A stretch of DNA of 64,000 bases from Capsulimonadales bacterium (GTDB lineage Bacteria; Armatimonadota; Armatimonadia; Armatimonadales; Armatimonadaceae): assembly GCA_033762295.1 (NCBI GenBank), contig JANRLW010000069.1:120110-184109 (forward strand), in the 5' to 3' direction. A program made the translations under genes and the position numbers. This document shows, piece by piece, positions 48,073-58,596 of the stretch. The notes below the pieces were generated by a model. That model did no database searches. It was not told where the DNA came from and worked only from the letters and a program-made list of their open reading frames with translations. Positions within the stretch are counted from its first letter, which is position 1, and each line of letters begins with the position of its first letter.

Positions 48073-49146
48073 TTATGTGGCCGAAAGGATATCGGCCGAA
48101 AGTGTCCGATCCGACACGGAACCGCGGTCCAGAAACGGGACCGGCAGACGGGTCATGCCCGGAAGCAGGCGTTTCGCATTGTCCGGATCCTCAAGCACAT
48201 CCAGAAGCATACCGGCGACGGTCCAACCCATCCCGAACCAGTCCAGCTGGACGGTCGTCAGTTCGGGATAAAGAAAGCGCGCCGAATCGCTGTCGTCGAA
48301 TCCGACGAGGCTGATGTCTTCCGGAACGCGGATACCGGCCTGTTGCAGGCTGGCGTAAAGCCCGAGAGCCTGGCTGTCGTTTGCCGTCAGAATGGCCGTG
48401 GGACGGTCCGACAATGAGGCAATTGCGCTGCCGGCCTCCTGACCGCCCTGAATCAGCGGAACGGCCTCCCAGACCCACTCCGGTCGGTATTCCATCCCAT
48501 GTCGCTGCAGACCGTCCAAAAAGGCCAGCCAGCGTTCCTCAAAGTCCGAGTGCAGAGACGGACCGCGCACATAGCCGATTCGGCGGTGTCCCCTCGCGAC
48601 CAGATGATCCATGAGTTGCCGTACGCCGCCGGCATTGTCGAAATTGACGACGGTGTAGCCCCGGTTCGCCAGATCATCCCCCATCAGGGAAGGGGTTGCG
48701 CAAAGAGCGGGGATTCCCGCTTCCCGCGCCGCGCGGGGCACCACCTCGTCGCGAACGCCGAGAAGAATCAACCCGTCCGTGTTTCGCGCCTGAAGGTTCC
48801 GGAGCAGTGGCTGACTGTCGTTGTCGGTCCGGTGGCTCAGAATCAGGTTGTAATGACGCTCCTGGCAGCGTTGAGCGATGGCCGACCAGAGGGGGAGGTG
48901 GTGCAGCGGAAGGTGGTTGACACCGGTACCGGGCGCATGAGTCTGCAATTCGACGGTTCGCACCCGACCGGTGGCCAGAGATCGTGCGGACGCGTTCGGG
49001 AAATATCCCATCTCCCGGGCGGCAGCCAGAATCCGCTCTCTCGTTTCCTGACCGGCGCGGGCGGTCCCGCTACCGGTGAGGACACCGGCCACTACCTGAC
49101 GGGAGACTCCGACCGATTCCGCGATATCTTTCAGCGTCACTGCCAT
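48073..49146 (-). CDS. LacI family transcriptional regulator
   Basis: [45 protein letters not shown]. Confidence 0.93.
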   Translation of the reverse strand: MAVTLKDIAESVGVSRQVVAGVLTGSGTARAGQETRERILAAAREMGYFPNASARSLATGRVRTVELQTHAPGTGVNHLPLHHLPLWSAIAQRCQERHYNLILSHRTDNDSQPLLRNLQARNTDGLILLGVRDEVVPRAAREAGIPALCATPSLMGDDLANRGYTVVNFDNAGGVRQLMDHLVARGHRRIGYVRGPSLHSDFEERWLAFLDGLQRHGMEYRPEWVWEAVPLIQGGQEAGSAIASLSDRPTAILTANDSQALGLYASLQQAGIRVPEDISLVGFDDSDSARFLYPELTTVQLDWFGMGWTVAGMLLDVLEDPDNAKRLLPGMTRLPVPFLDRGSVSDRTLSADILSAT

Positions 49147-49160
49147 GCCAACGGACTCCC

Positions 49161-49217
49161 ATGATTGCGCGTGCAATCATTTGCATGAAGTATACCGGGC
49201 AAAGTACGCGCCGTCAA
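49161..49217 (-). promoter_or_regulatory. Sigma70 promoter with LacI-type operator
   Basis: Minus strand TTGACG-N17-TATACT, then palindrome ATGATTGC-ACGC-GCAATCAT (49161-49180), then SD GGGAG. Confidence 0.75.
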
Positions 49218-49236
49218 GGGGAACCTGCGGAAGCGG

Positions 49237-50853
49237 CTAAGGCGCGGGAACCGCGCGCTGCCGCAGGACAGCGCCGTTCCGTGCGCCGGTCGGAACCCCG
49301 CCGGAGAAGGCGAGCGTTCCACCGACGAAGACGTATTCGATGCCGTGGGCAAGCTGATGCGGGGCGTCGAAGGTCGCGGCGTCCCGGATATGTTGGGGAT
49401 CGAAGACGACGATATCGGCGTGCGCGCCGACCGTCAATCGACCGCGATCGGACCAGCCGAGACGGGTGGCGGGAAGGGAGGTCATGCGCCGGATCGCCTC
49501 TTCCCATGTCAGAAGGCCGCGTTCCCGGACGTACCGGGCGAAGACCCGGGTGAACGTACCGTACGTGCGGGGGTGGATGCCGTCTCGCGCGCCCGGACCG
49601 AACGGATCGGACGCGACGGCGTCGGAGCCGACCATCACGCGGTCATCGCGAAGAACCCGTTCGACATCCTCCTCCGACATGGCGAAGTGCAGAGCGGAGA
49701 CGAAGGTATCGCTATCGGCCAGGAGATCAAGAACCACGTCGCGAGGGTCTTTGCCTGACGCCGCCGAAAGCGCGGAAATCCGTTTCCCCTGCGCCTCCGG
49801 ATGGGCGGCGCAGTTGACGATCTCCACAGCGGACCAGTCGATACCCGTCATGGCTTCCCGAATGCGACCGCGTTCCCCGGCATCGGAAAGGCGGGTTTGC
49901 ATGGCGGTCGGGGTGCCGGTGGCGGCCCAGGCGGGAAGGGCGATGGTCGCCAGACCGGTCTGGTAGGCGGTATATGGGTACTGATCCAGAAGAATGTCTA
50001 TGCCACGGGCGCGGGCCTGATCGACCATCGCCAGCGTTCGCACGACCTTTCCCCAGTTGCGCGGACGTTCCGCTTTGTGGTGCGATAGCTGTAGCGGAAT
50101 GCCTGCCGCCTCGGCGACGGCGATCGCTTCGGCGACGGACTCCTCCAGTGTGTCCCCTTCGTCCCGAAGATGCGTTGCGTAAAAGCCTCCGGCCTCCCGC
50201 GCGACCCGCGCCAGGGCGACCATCTCCGGTATATCGGCGTACATGCCGGGGACATACTCCAGGCCGGAGGAGAGTCCGATCGCACCTTCGTCCAGGGCGC
50301 GCGCAAGTTCCCGCTGCATCGTCCGCAACTCCGCCGGGTCGGGGCGTCGGGCATCGTTGCCCAGGATGCGTTTTCGAAGGGTGCCATGGCCCGCCAGTGT
50401 CGCGACGTGGATCGCAATCCCGTGATCCTCGATTCGACGCAGGAAAGACCCCATGCCGTCCCAGTTCAACTCCACCCCGTCCCGTTCGAGCCAGCGGCGT
50501 TCGGCTGAAAACTCCTCCGAAGGCTGGGCCAGGCCGAGCGAAAGGCCGCAGTTGCCGAAGACTTCGGCGGTAACCCCCTGCGCCAGCGACGATTCCATGT
50601 GAGGAACCCGGAGGACGGAAAGATCCGAGTGCGTATGAATATCGATGAAACCGGGTGCGACGTACCGTCCGCGCGCCGAAACGGTCTGCCGGGCCTGCGC
50701 CATCGACAGATCGCCGATCGCCGCAATCCGACCGGCGGCGATGCCCACGTCGACGACCTTCGGCGGATGGCCCAACCCGTCGAAAACGGTTCCGTCTCGC
50801 AGGAGGAGATGGAAAGAGGAAGGCGAGGCGACAGCGGTTTCTTCGGGGGGCAT
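49237..50853 (-). CDS. N-acyl-D-amino-acid deacylase (D-aminoacylase, amidohydrolase superfamily)
   Basis: PGFIDIHTHSD, GNCG, THLRDEG, SHHK, GSDA, HPRTYGTF. Confidence 0.9.
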   Translation of the reverse strand: MPPEETAVASPSSFHLLLRDGTVFDGLGHPPKVVDVGIAAGRIAAIGDLSMAQARQTVSARGRYVAPGFIDIHTHSDLSVLRVPHMESSLAQGVTAEVFGNCGLSLGLAQPSEEFSAERRWLERDGVELNWDGMGSFLRRIEDHGIAIHVATLAGHGTLRKRILGNDARRPDPAELRTMQRELARALDEGAIGLSSGLEYVPGMYADIPEMVALARVAREAGGFYATHLRDEGDTLEESVAEAIAVAEAAGIPLQLSHHKAERPRNWGKVVRTLAMVDQARARGIDILLDQYPYTAYQTGLATIALPAWAATGTPTAMQTRLSDAGERGRIREAMTGIDWSAVEIVNCAAHPEAQGKRISALSAASGKDPRDVVLDLLADSDTFVSALHFAMSEEDVERVLRDDRVMVGSDAVASDPFGPGARDGIHPRTYGTFTRVFARYVRERGLLTWEEAIRRMTSLPATRLGWSDRGRLTVGAHADIVVFDPQHIRDAATFDAPHQLAHGIEYVFVGGTLAFSGGVPTGARNGAVLRQRAVPAP

Positions 50854-50916
50854 GCCGGATTATAGCACGGATCGACCCTTCGGTCGGGTACGATGGAAAC
50901 GGAGGAATCGACGTTG

Positions 50917-51759
50917 ATGACCGTAAACGACACACCGATCGCGCCGCCCGCGTCTGAACGCGCGGCGCAAAAAGCGGCCTTTGACCGGGATGGTTTCCTG
51001 ATCGTTCGAAACGCCGTCCCGCCCGATATCCTGTACCGGGTTATGGCGGCGGCGGATCGTCTGGCAGCCGAAGGGATCGAAAAAGAGGGACTTTCGGCGA
51101 GGCATCACTGGCAGATGCGCAACTGTATCGTCGCCGATCCGGCCTTTCTCGATCTTCTTGATCTGCCGACCGTCCTGCCCCTGGTGACGGACCTGCTCGA
51201 CTGGGACATACACCTGATCACTTCGCACCTCATCGTCCGACCGCCGTCGCCGCCGGGAACGAACGAATTTTTCAAGGGTGAGGGCTGGCATCGCGACGGC
51301 GGAAACTCGCCAAGGCACATGCAGGAACCGCACCCACGCCTGTTCCTGAAAGTCGCGTTCTTCCTCTCGGATCAGAGCGAACCGGGCCGGGGCAATACGA
51401 TGGTGGTTCCGGGCAGTAACCGTCTGATCGGTCCGCTGGCGCAGTCGCCGGAGATGCCGCACCCGTACGGCGCGATCGATGTCTGCGGCAAGCCGGGGGA
51501 CGCCTTCCTGTTCGAGAACCGGACCTGGCACGGGGTTGGCCCGAACTATGCCGACGTTACGCGAAAAACCCTCTTTATGGGTTACGGGTACCGCTGGGTG
51601 CGCGCGATGGATTATCAGATGATGCCGGAGAGCCTCCTGGCAAGCGTCGATCCGATCCGCTGGCAATTGCTCGGCGGTGTCAAATCCCCGATGGGCATTT
51701 ACCTCCCCACGGATGAGGACGTACCGATCCGACGGTGGAAAAATTCCGGGAATCCCTGA
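50917..51759 (+). CDS. Phytanoyl-CoA dioxygenase (PhyH) family 2OG-Fe(II) oxygenase
   Basis: [31 protein letters not shown]. Confidence 0.88.
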   Translation: MTVNDTPIAPPASERAAQKAAFDRDGFLIVRNAVPPDILYRVMAAADRLAAEGIEKEGLSARHHWQMRNCIVADPAFLDLLDLPTVLPLVTDLLDWDIHLITSHLIVRPPSPPGTNEFFKGEGWHRDGGNSPRHMQEPHPRLFLKVAFFLSDQSEPGRGNTMVVPGSNRLIGPLAQSPEMPHPYGAIDVCGKPGDAFLFENRTWHGVGPNYADVTRKTLFMGYGYRWVRAMDYQMMPESLLASVDPIRWQLLGGVKSPMGIYLPTDEDVPIRRWKNSGNP

Positions 51760-51793
51760 GCCATCGATAACGTCTGAGCGACAGGAAATCTTC

Positions 51794-52579
51794 GTGAAAT
51801 CGTCCGGCTTCACCCTGATCGAACTGCTTGTGGTCGTGGCCATCGTCGCCGTTCTGGCGGCGATTCTTTTCCCCGTCTTCGCCGTGGCGCGGGAGAAGGC
51901 GCGTCAGGTTTCCTGTCTGTCGAACCTGCGGCAGCTGGCGACGGCGACCTTGATGTACGGTCAGGATTACGACGAGGCGTTCGTCCCCGCCGCCAACTAT
52001 GCGATCGACCCGCCCGCCCGCCCGATCTGGCCGCAAATGATCGAGCCGTACGTGCGGAACCGGGGTATCTTCAACTGCCCGAGCGCCAGCGGTATCGCCT
52101 ATCCCGCTTCCTGGGGTCTGCGGGGCTATGCGTCGATCGGCTACAGTTCGCAAATGGCGTTCGACCCCGAGGCGACGGAGGGGTTCACCACCGTGTGCCG
52201 ATTGCCCGCTCTGGAGGAACCGGCGCGGATTCCGTTGTTCACCGATACGCCGAACGCGTCGGTCGGCGCGAATATGGGAAAGTATCGCGGGTATACGTTC
52301 GATCCATGTGTTTCGGGCAGCAAAATCAATGCGACCGATCCCAGGTTGAGCACGCCTCTGGTCTCCGATCGCGATCCGGTGGTGGAATTCGGAGCCACCT
52401 TACCGCCGAGTCAACTGAAGCCGGTCTATGCGCGGCACCTGGCGACGGGGACGGGCGGAGGGTTTGCGACGGTGATACTGGCGGACGGGCACGTCAAAGC
52501 GTTTTCGGCGAATGCGATTCTGGCACAGGAGCGTGGAGCCGGATTGCACTGGCGATTCCGCGGCTGTCCGACGCCGTAA
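51794..52579 (+). CDS. DUF1559-type prepilin protein
   Basis: [27 protein letters not shown]...ADGHVK. Confidence 0.9.
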   Translation: MKSSGFTLIELLVVVAIVAVLAAILFPVFAVAREKARQVSCLSNLRQLATATLMYGQDYDEAFVPAANYAIDPPARPIWPQMIEPYVRNRGIFNCPSASGIAYPASWGLRGYASIGYSSQMAFDPEATEGFTTVCRLPALEEPARIPLFTDTPNASVGANMGKYRGYTFDPCVSGSKINATDPRLSTPLVSDRDPVVEFGATLPPSQLKPVYARHLATGTGGGFATVILADGHVKAFSANAILAQERGAGLHWRFRGCPTP

Positions 52580-52597
52580 CGACCTTGCCGAAGAACG

Positions 52598-52632
52598 AAA
52601 AAGCCCGCAGGAGGAAGTCCTGCGGGTCTTTT
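52598..52632. terminator. Bidirectional terminator between convergent prepilin genes
   Basis: A-run, CCCGCAGGA / TCCTGCGGG stem, T-run. Confidence 0.7.
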
Positions 52633-52650
52633 CCTCGTTTGAGCCAGGGT

Positions 52651-53601
52651 TTACTTGCTGAGCGCTTCGCACGCGGCGCGGTCGAACGCATTGTACGCGA
52701 AGAACTTGGCGCAGGAGTCGAACGCGCGCTTGCGGACCGGGTCGGTCGCTCCCGGCAGGGGAGCGCCCTTCGGGGTCGGGGTCGGATAGGCAAGATCCGC
52801 CTTCAGGTACTTGGCGTGTCCGTCGCAGAAGACGTAGTTCGCGCCGTCATTGTGACGATCCGGCACTTCCCAGCAGATTTCCCGGAAGGTGCCGCTTTCG
52901 TAGGCGGTGGTCTTCAGCAGGTATCGCTTGTTGTAGCAGTCAAAGTTCTGCGGCGGGGCGATGCGGCCATTGTAACCGCCGCCGTCACCGACGAAGACCG
53001 TGCTGGCCGGAGCGTCCATTTCGGCGAGGTTCGGATAGCGGTAGTACCGCTGAGCCGCCGGAACGCCGCCGACATAACCATGGTAGCTCAGCATCGCGCT
53101 GTAGCCGTAAGAGAAGGTGTAGCGGTTGGTATTGGTGTTGTCCGGGTTCCGGAAGTAGACATATTCGCCCTGGGAACCGGCATCCGGGCAGTGCCAGACA
53201 CCATCGTTGTTGTTGACTTCCTTCGCCTTGTCGACCGTCCCGTTCTTGACGTAGGGCGACAGTTTGGCGTGCCAGCAGCCGTCCATCAGGCCGGACCGCG
53301 CGTTGTTGTTGAGCGTACCGACGCAGTCGGCGCCGACCAGCGGAGATTCGGCTCCGGCACCGGCCTGTCCGAAGAGTTCCACCCACGCCGGAAGGCGATC
53401 ATCGTAGTCGGTGGAGTACATCATGGCGGCGAGACCGATCTGCTTGCTGTTGGACAGACAGGCGGTGGCGCGGGCTTTGGCGCGGGCCTGGGCGAAAACG
53501 GGGAACAGAATGGCGGCCAGAATGGCGATAATGGCGATAACGACGAGTAACTCGATCAGCGTGAAGCCCGTCTCGGGGCGGCGACCGTGATTCTTTTGCA
53601 T
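52651..53601 (-). CDS. DUF1559-type prepilin protein with H-X9-DG motif
   Basis: [52 protein letters not shown]. Confidence 0.92.
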   Translation of the reverse strand: MQKNHGRRPETGFTLIELLVVIAIIAILAAILFPVFAQARAKARATACLSNSKQIGLAAMMYSTDYDDRLPAWVELFGQAGAGAESPLVGADCVGTLNNNARSGLMDGCWHAKLSPYVKNGTVDKAKEVNNNDGVWHCPDAGSQGEYVYFRNPDNTNTNRYTFSYGYSAMLSYHGYVGGVPAAQRYYRYPNLAEMDAPASTVFVGDGGGYNGRIAPPQNFDCYNKRYLLKTTAYESGTFREICWEVPDRHNDGANYVFCDGHAKYLKADLAYPTPTPKGAPLPGATDPVRKRAFDSCAKFFAYNAFDRAACEALSK

Positions 53602-53773
53602 GGCTTTCTCCTGACCGAGCGCCGGATCGGCGCTCAGGCGGCGGTTCCCGACCGGGGGGGCGGGAGGGCGATGAATCGATATATATCACCGTCAGTATAA
53701 TACCTATTCCGAGCGAGTATGTTATGAAAAGGTTAAATGTTCAGGTGTTTTCGCCATTAAGCGGTAAACCCGC

Positions 53774-54466
53774 TTAAATGTCGGTAGCGCCGAGGTCGTC
53801 CGGAAGACCGAAACCGGAAACGCCGATCAAAGGCACGAACGCGACCGCCCCGAAGTCGTGTGTGGAAACCCGGCCATCGGGGTGTTTGGTGAGACGAATC
53901 AAGCGCTGTTCGCCGAACTCCGGTCCGACCGGAAGAATGAGCCGTCCGCCCGGTCGTAACTGGGCGATCAGATCGGGGGGAATGTCCGGCGCGGTGGCGG
54001 CGACCAGAATGGCATCGTACGGGGCGGACTCCGGCCAGCCCAGAGAACCGTCGCCGACGTTCAGTCGCACGTTGCCGTAACCGAGTTCGGCGAGCGCGCG
54101 ACGGGCGGATTGGGCGAGGGCCGTGTGACGCTCGACCGCGACGACGTTCCGCGCCAGTTCGGCGAGAATCGCGGTCTGGTACCCCGAACCGGCGCCGATT
54201 TCCAGAACGGTTTCGTGGCCGGTTAGCTGGAGCGCCTCGGTCATCAGGGCGACGATGAACGGCTGGGAGATGGTCTGACCCTCCGCAATACGCTGGGCGG
54301 CGTCCTGATAGGCGCGCGAATAGGAATCGGAAGCGCGTGGCAGGAACCGGTGACGAGGCACCCGGCGAAAGGCGGCGAGAACGCGCGGGTCGCGAATCCC
54401 CCGTCCGGCCAACTGTTCGTCGACCATCCGGTTCCGCTCGTCGATCCGTTCGGAAAGATCCGTCAC
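53774..54466 (-). CDS. pcm: Protein-L-isoaspartate O-methyltransferase
   Basis: VPRHRF, GQTISQPFIVA, VLEIGAGSGYQ, APYDAI, FVPLIG; start at GTG 54466 overlapping the upstream stop. Confidence 0.93.
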   Translation of the reverse strand: MTDLSERIDERNRMVDEQLAGRGIRDPRVLAAFRRVPRHRFLPRASDSYSRAYQDAAQRIAEGQTISQPFIVALMTEALQLTGHETVLEIGAGSGYQTAILAELARNVVAVERHTALAQSARRALAELGYGNVRLNVGDGSLGWPESAPYDAILVAATAPDIPPDLIAQLRPGGRLILPVGPEFGEQRLIRLTKHPDGRVSTHDFGAVAFVPLIGVSGFGLPDDLGATDI

Positions 54467-55704
54467 AGGAACGCCACCGTGACCAGGGCGGTAATCACCA
54501 GCCCGACGAGAACAATGAAAAAGTAGATCTGGTTGAGAACGAACTGTTTGAAAAGCGTCATGCGCTTCCCCTGACGGTAACACGTACGCAGCGCAATGAA
54601 CTCGTAGACATAGTAGAGCGGTAACAGAAACCAGCCCCAATCATTGCGGGTCTCCGCCGAAATGGCCACCAGAGTTCCGAGGAAAAAGACGAAGGAGTGG
54701 TGGTTGACCGCGAAAACCAGATGTTCGACGAAGTATTTGCGCGGGGTACGGAACAGCATGCCGACGAGCAGGGCATAGATCGGCATCATAAAAAACATGG
54801 CTTTGGCGGCGGACTCGACCAGTTCCTGCGAAAAATGCTCCGGGTTGTCGATACATTTCAACGTCTGCTCGATGAGGAGGCGGGGCAGTCCGTTATGCGG
54901 GCTGGTATTTCGCTTATCCTGTTGCCAGCGATCGTACTCCTCGACGAAGTGTCCCTGAAGGATCTTGCGCCCGTCGCGCAGAGGGTAGGGGGTGAACAGG
55001 TCGGTCTTGCCGAAGACCTCAAACTCCTCCGTTTGTTTCGTGTCCTTGGCGGGCGGTTCGGGAACCGAGATCACGTTCGCCGAGGTGACCGAGCCTGCCT
55101 TGCGAACCGCTTTCCCCGGTGAGGGCGGCGGCTTCGGGGCGGGGGGCGACGCGCTGGGCGGCGTGTTGAGACTTTTTTCGAGATCCGCGCCGATGCTGAA
55201 GCGGATGCCGGGTCGATTGTCCTCAGCGGAAGGTTTGCCCTGGCTCGCGCCCGGTTGGTCCTGCAGACGCTGTCGGAGCGAGACGAGGGTCGGCGGGACG
55301 AACAGAACGAGAAAGAACAGGGTGGTGATTCCCAGGTAGAGTTTGAACGGCGACATGTAACGAACGCGCCGCCCGGCGTTGTACTCGGCGGTCAGGCGGC
55401 CCGGACGGAACAGAAGCATACCGACGGTGCGAAGCAGTCGACCGTCCCACTTCAGAAACTCCTCGAAAAGATCGCCGAGGAGCAGGTGGAGCGGAATCGC
55501 GTAATTGAGGTTTTCCTGGCCGCAGTCCGGACAGAAGTTGGCGAACAGAGGCTTGTGGCCGCAATTCAGACATTCCGTCGGACGGGCGCGCATTCCCTCC
55601 GGACGTTTCGGGGTGGCGAACCCGATTTCGGCTCCTTCGGGGACGGTCGGAATCTCTCGGTGAGCGGTCTGGCTGGAGATCGGCTGAACGGCATCCGCTG
55701 GCAA
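54463..55704 (-). CDS. DUF3667-like membrane protein
   Basis: CLNCG...FCPDCGQ, RPGRLTAEYNAGRRVRYMSPFKLYL, YFVEHLVF; start uncertain. Confidence 0.8.
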   Translation of the reverse strand: MPADAVQPISSQTAHREIPTVPEGAEIGFATPKRPEGMRARPTECLNCGHKPLFANFCPDCGQENLNYAIPLHLLLGDLFEEFLKWDGRLLRTVGMLLFRPGRLTAEYNAGRRVRYMSPFKLYLGITTLFFLVLFVPPTLVSLRQRLQDQPGASQGKPSAEDNRPGIRFSIGADLEKSLNTPPSASPPAPKPPPSPGKAVRKAGSVTSANVISVPEPPAKDTKQTEEFEVFGKTDLFTPYPLRDGRKILQGHFVEEYDRWQQDKRNTSPHNGLPRLLIEQTLKCIDNPEHFSQELVESAAKAMFFMMPIYALLVGMLFRTPRKYFVEHLVFAVNHHSFVFFLGTLVAISAETRNDWGWFLLPLYYVYEFIALRTCYRQGKRMTLFKQFVLNQIYFFIVLVGLVITALVTVAFL

Positions 55705-55799
55705 AATGTCGTACCCTTCCCTTCGATTATACGCCCAATTCGACACGAATGGCGACGGTCGGTTGCGAAGAATCCCGGTCCGGCGGGTATTCTCCCGGC

Positions 55800-56501
55800 A
55801 TGAGGATAGGGGAAAGTGCGAACGAGGGCGTCTCCGTGAGTCATCCGGTTTCGGGGCGTCTCATTTCGGTTCAGGTCGGTCAGCCGGAGCGGCGGGAGAC
55901 CGTCCGCGGCCATGTCTGGGAGAGCGCGATCGGAAAAGTGCCGGTGACGGGTAAGGTGGCCGTCGGTCCGGAAAACGTCGCCGGAGACCGGCAGGCCAAC
56001 CGGAAGTACCATGGCGGACCGACCAAAGCGGTCTGCGGCTATTCGGTCGAACATTTTGCCGAATGGAATCGGGAGTTCGACCTCGACCTTCCCGGCGGCG
56101 CGTTCGGCGAGAATATCACGGTCGCGGGGCTGACCGAGGAGGTTCTGTGCCTGAGCGACCTGCTGGCGGTGGGGAGCGTTCTTTTGCGTGTCACGCAGCC
56201 CCGGATGCCGTGCGTCAATGTGGCGCGCCGCTGGAACCGCCCGGAACTGCCGGATCGGATGCGGGAAACGGGACGGACGGGCTTTTACTGCTCGGTCGAA
56301 CGGACGGGGGAGATCGAGGCGGGGGACGCGATCACGGTGTTGGAACGCCCGCTGCCTGACTGGACACTCCGACGGTGTAATCGCGCGCTGTACGACGAGG
56401 CCGCTCCGACCGAAGAGCGTCACGCGCTTCGTCTCCTGCCGGGTCTGACCGACGAATGGAAACGGGCGTTAACGCGCAAGATCCGTCAGGGAGAGGCGTA
56501 G
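55800..56501 (+). CDS. MOSC domain protein (YiiM-like)
   Basis: GDRQANRKYHGG, FGENIT, QPRMPC, GRTGFY; C-terminal 3-alpha domain. Confidence 0.88.
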   Translation: MRIGESANEGVSVSHPVSGRLISVQVGQPERRETVRGHVWESAIGKVPVTGKVAVGPENVAGDRQANRKYHGGPTKAVCGYSVEHFAEWNREFDLDLPGGAFGENITVAGLTEEVLCLSDLLAVGSVLLRVTQPRMPCVNVARRWNRPELPDRMRETGRTGFYCSVERTGEIEAGDAITVLERPLPDWTLRRCNRALYDEAAPTEERHALRLLPGLTDEWKRALTRKIRQGEA

Positions 56502-57049
56502 TGCGGGCAGTCGTCCGGACCGAGGCAGGCGGCGGCGCGTGAGTGGATGCCGGTTTTCAGGTTGCGCGGATCGGTCAGGCGAACGAGGGCAACGATCCCG
56601 CCGTACGGACAGGAATGGCAGGGGCCGGACTCCGCCAGGTTTTCGGGATTGAGCAGGCTGCGGGGCGCGGTCTCCATCGTCTCGACGGAGAGAGGCGGGT
56701 CGGTCCTCGGGGGATCGGGCGCGGGGATCGGGGTAGCGCCGGAGGAACCGGCAGGGGCGATGACGCGCAGCACGCCGACCCGATAAAGGTCCGCCGGAAC
56801 ATCGACCGTGTCGCCGGGAACGGGTTCGCCCTCGCCCCGGATCAGGTCGCCGACCCGGAGCGGACGCTGCGCCGTCCCGACCGCGACGCCGAGCGAGCGC
56901 ACCGGAACCGTCACGCCGTTTTCGGTCCGGGTTCCGTCGATCAGCAGAATATGGCCCTGCGACTTCGCTGTGGTCTCACTTTCGAACTTGACCAGGATCA
57001 GCCGTGGGCGGATGGCCCGAATATGCCCCCAGAATCGAACGGACGCCAC
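56486..57049 (-). CDS. Hypothetical protein with C-terminal Cys cluster
   Basis: SD GGGAGG; CHSC...CLGPDDCPHY. Confidence 0.6.
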   Translation of the reverse strand: MASVRFWGHIRAIRPRLILVKFESETTAKSQGHILLIDGTRTENGVTVPVRSLGVAVGTAQRPLRVGDLIRGEGEPVPGDTVDVPADLYRVGVLRVIAPAGSSGATPIPAPDPPRTDPPLSVETMETAPRSLLNPENLAESGPCHSCPYGGIVALVRLTDPRNLKTGIHSRAAACLGPDDCPHYASP

Positions 57050-57157
57050 GATACCGCCTCCCGTAGCGATTCTATCGCTTTTCCCCCGACCGACGTATGG
57101 ACGAGCCGTTCGACGGCCGGGAAGCGCCGGCCGGGTTCGGCACGGACTCGGCAGGGT

Positions 57158-58510
57158 TCAGGTTCCCGGCTGTTTATGGGAGGCGGACTCCGGCCCTGTG
57201 CCCCGGGAGTTCGGCGGAGTGGCGAGAACACGGTCGACGCGATGGCCGTCCATGTCCAGAACCTCGAAAACGACGCCTTCCCACTCGAACCGTTCGCCCG
57301 TTCCGGGAATATGCCCGAGCCGCGCCATCACGAACCCGCCCAGCGTATTGTAGTTGCCGGCATCCTTCGGTTCGGCCTTGATTCCCAGCAAGTGGCGCAT
57401 CTCATCCGCCGCCAGCATCCCGTCGAGAAGCCAGGAACCATCGTCCCGTCGAACGGCTCCCAGGTCCTGTCCGCGCACCTCCTCGGCGCTGGGCATTTCG
57501 CCGACGATTCCTTCCAGCACGTCGTGCAGCGTGACCAGTCCGACGATAATCCCATATTCGTCCACCACCATCGCAATATGCCGGCCTTTCGCCGAACGGA
57601 ACCGCTCCAGCATCGACAGCGCGTGGGTCGTCTCCAGCACGAACATCGGTTCCTCGACGAGGGCGCGAAGGTCGATCGTGCCGGAATCGTTATCGCGGGC
57701 GTTCCAGAGACGTTTCAGGACGATGACACCGATGACCTTGTCCGGGCTGCCCTCGCAAACGGGGAAGGCGGAGTGTGGTGTTGCGGCGATTCGCGCGCGA
57801 TTCTCCTCCCAGGAGTCCTCCACATCCAGAAACACGACCTCGCGACGCGGGGTCATCAACTGGCTGACGCGGCGATCGGCCGTGCGAAAGACACGCTCCA
57901 CGATCGCCTGTTCCTCCTCGGCGAAAACGCCCACCTTCACACCCTGACCGATCAGGATATTGATTTCGTCCTCCGTTACCGGCGGTTCGCCGGATTGCTT
58001 GACCCCCATCAGGCGCAACAGGCCGTTGGTGGAGAGCGCCAGCAGCCATACCATCGGGGAAGCGAATCGGGAAAGCAGGTTCATCGGTCGGGCGACCCGC
58101 ACCGCAATCCGCTCCGCGTTGTTGAGCGCCAGCGTTTTAGGCACGAGTTCGCCGACGACCAGAGACAGATAGGTGATCAGCGCGACTACCAGAAAAAAGG
58201 CGACGCTCCGGGCCGCTTCGGGGGCAAGTCCCAGACCTGTGAGCCAGAGGCCCACATCCTCGGACAGGCTCGCACCGCCGAACGCGCCGGCGACGATACC
58301 GATCAGAGTAATGCCGATCTGTACCGTGGACAAAAAACGGTCCGGTTGGCGCACCAGTTCCAGTGCGACTTTTGCCGCAGGGTCCCCGGCATCGGCGCGT
58401 TGCTGAAGTCGCGCCCGTCGAACGGAGACGATGGCCGTCTCGGACATCGAGAATACACCGTTCAGGACAGTGAGAAGAAGGATTAGCAGTACCTCAAACA
58501 GGTTGTTCAC
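57158..58510 (-). CDS. Hemolysin/CNNM family protein (DUF21-CBS-CorC)
   Basis: NGVFSMSE, FLSTVQIGIT, GELVPK, MTPR, VVDEYG, YNTLGG. Confidence 0.92.
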   Translation of the reverse strand: MNNLFEVLLILLLTVLNGVFSMSETAIVSVRRARLQQRADAGDPAAKVALELVRQPDRFLSTVQIGITLIGIVAGAFGGASLSEDVGLWLTGLGLAPEAARSVAFFLVVALITYLSLVVGELVPKTLALNNAERIAVRVARPMNLLSRFASPMVWLLALSTNGLLRLMGVKQSGEPPVTEDEINILIGQGVKVGVFAEEEQAIVERVFRTADRRVSQLMTPRREVVFLDVEDSWEENRARIAATPHSAFPVCEGSPDKVIGVIVLKRLWNARDNDSGTIDLRALVEEPMFVLETTHALSMLERFRSAKGRHIAMVVDEYGIIVGLVTLHDVLEGIVGEMPSAEEVRGQDLGAVRRDDGSWLLDGMLAADEMRHLLGIKAEPKDAGNYNTLGGFVMARLGHIPGTGERFEWEGVVFEVLDMDGHRVDRVLATPPNSRGTGPESASHKQPGT

Positions 58511-58596
58511 GCGGTTTCCTTCCCGGGAAACGGACTCGGTTCGGGGAGACGCCCCGGTTCGACAATCGGCTCAACGGATTGTACCCGCGGAGTTCG

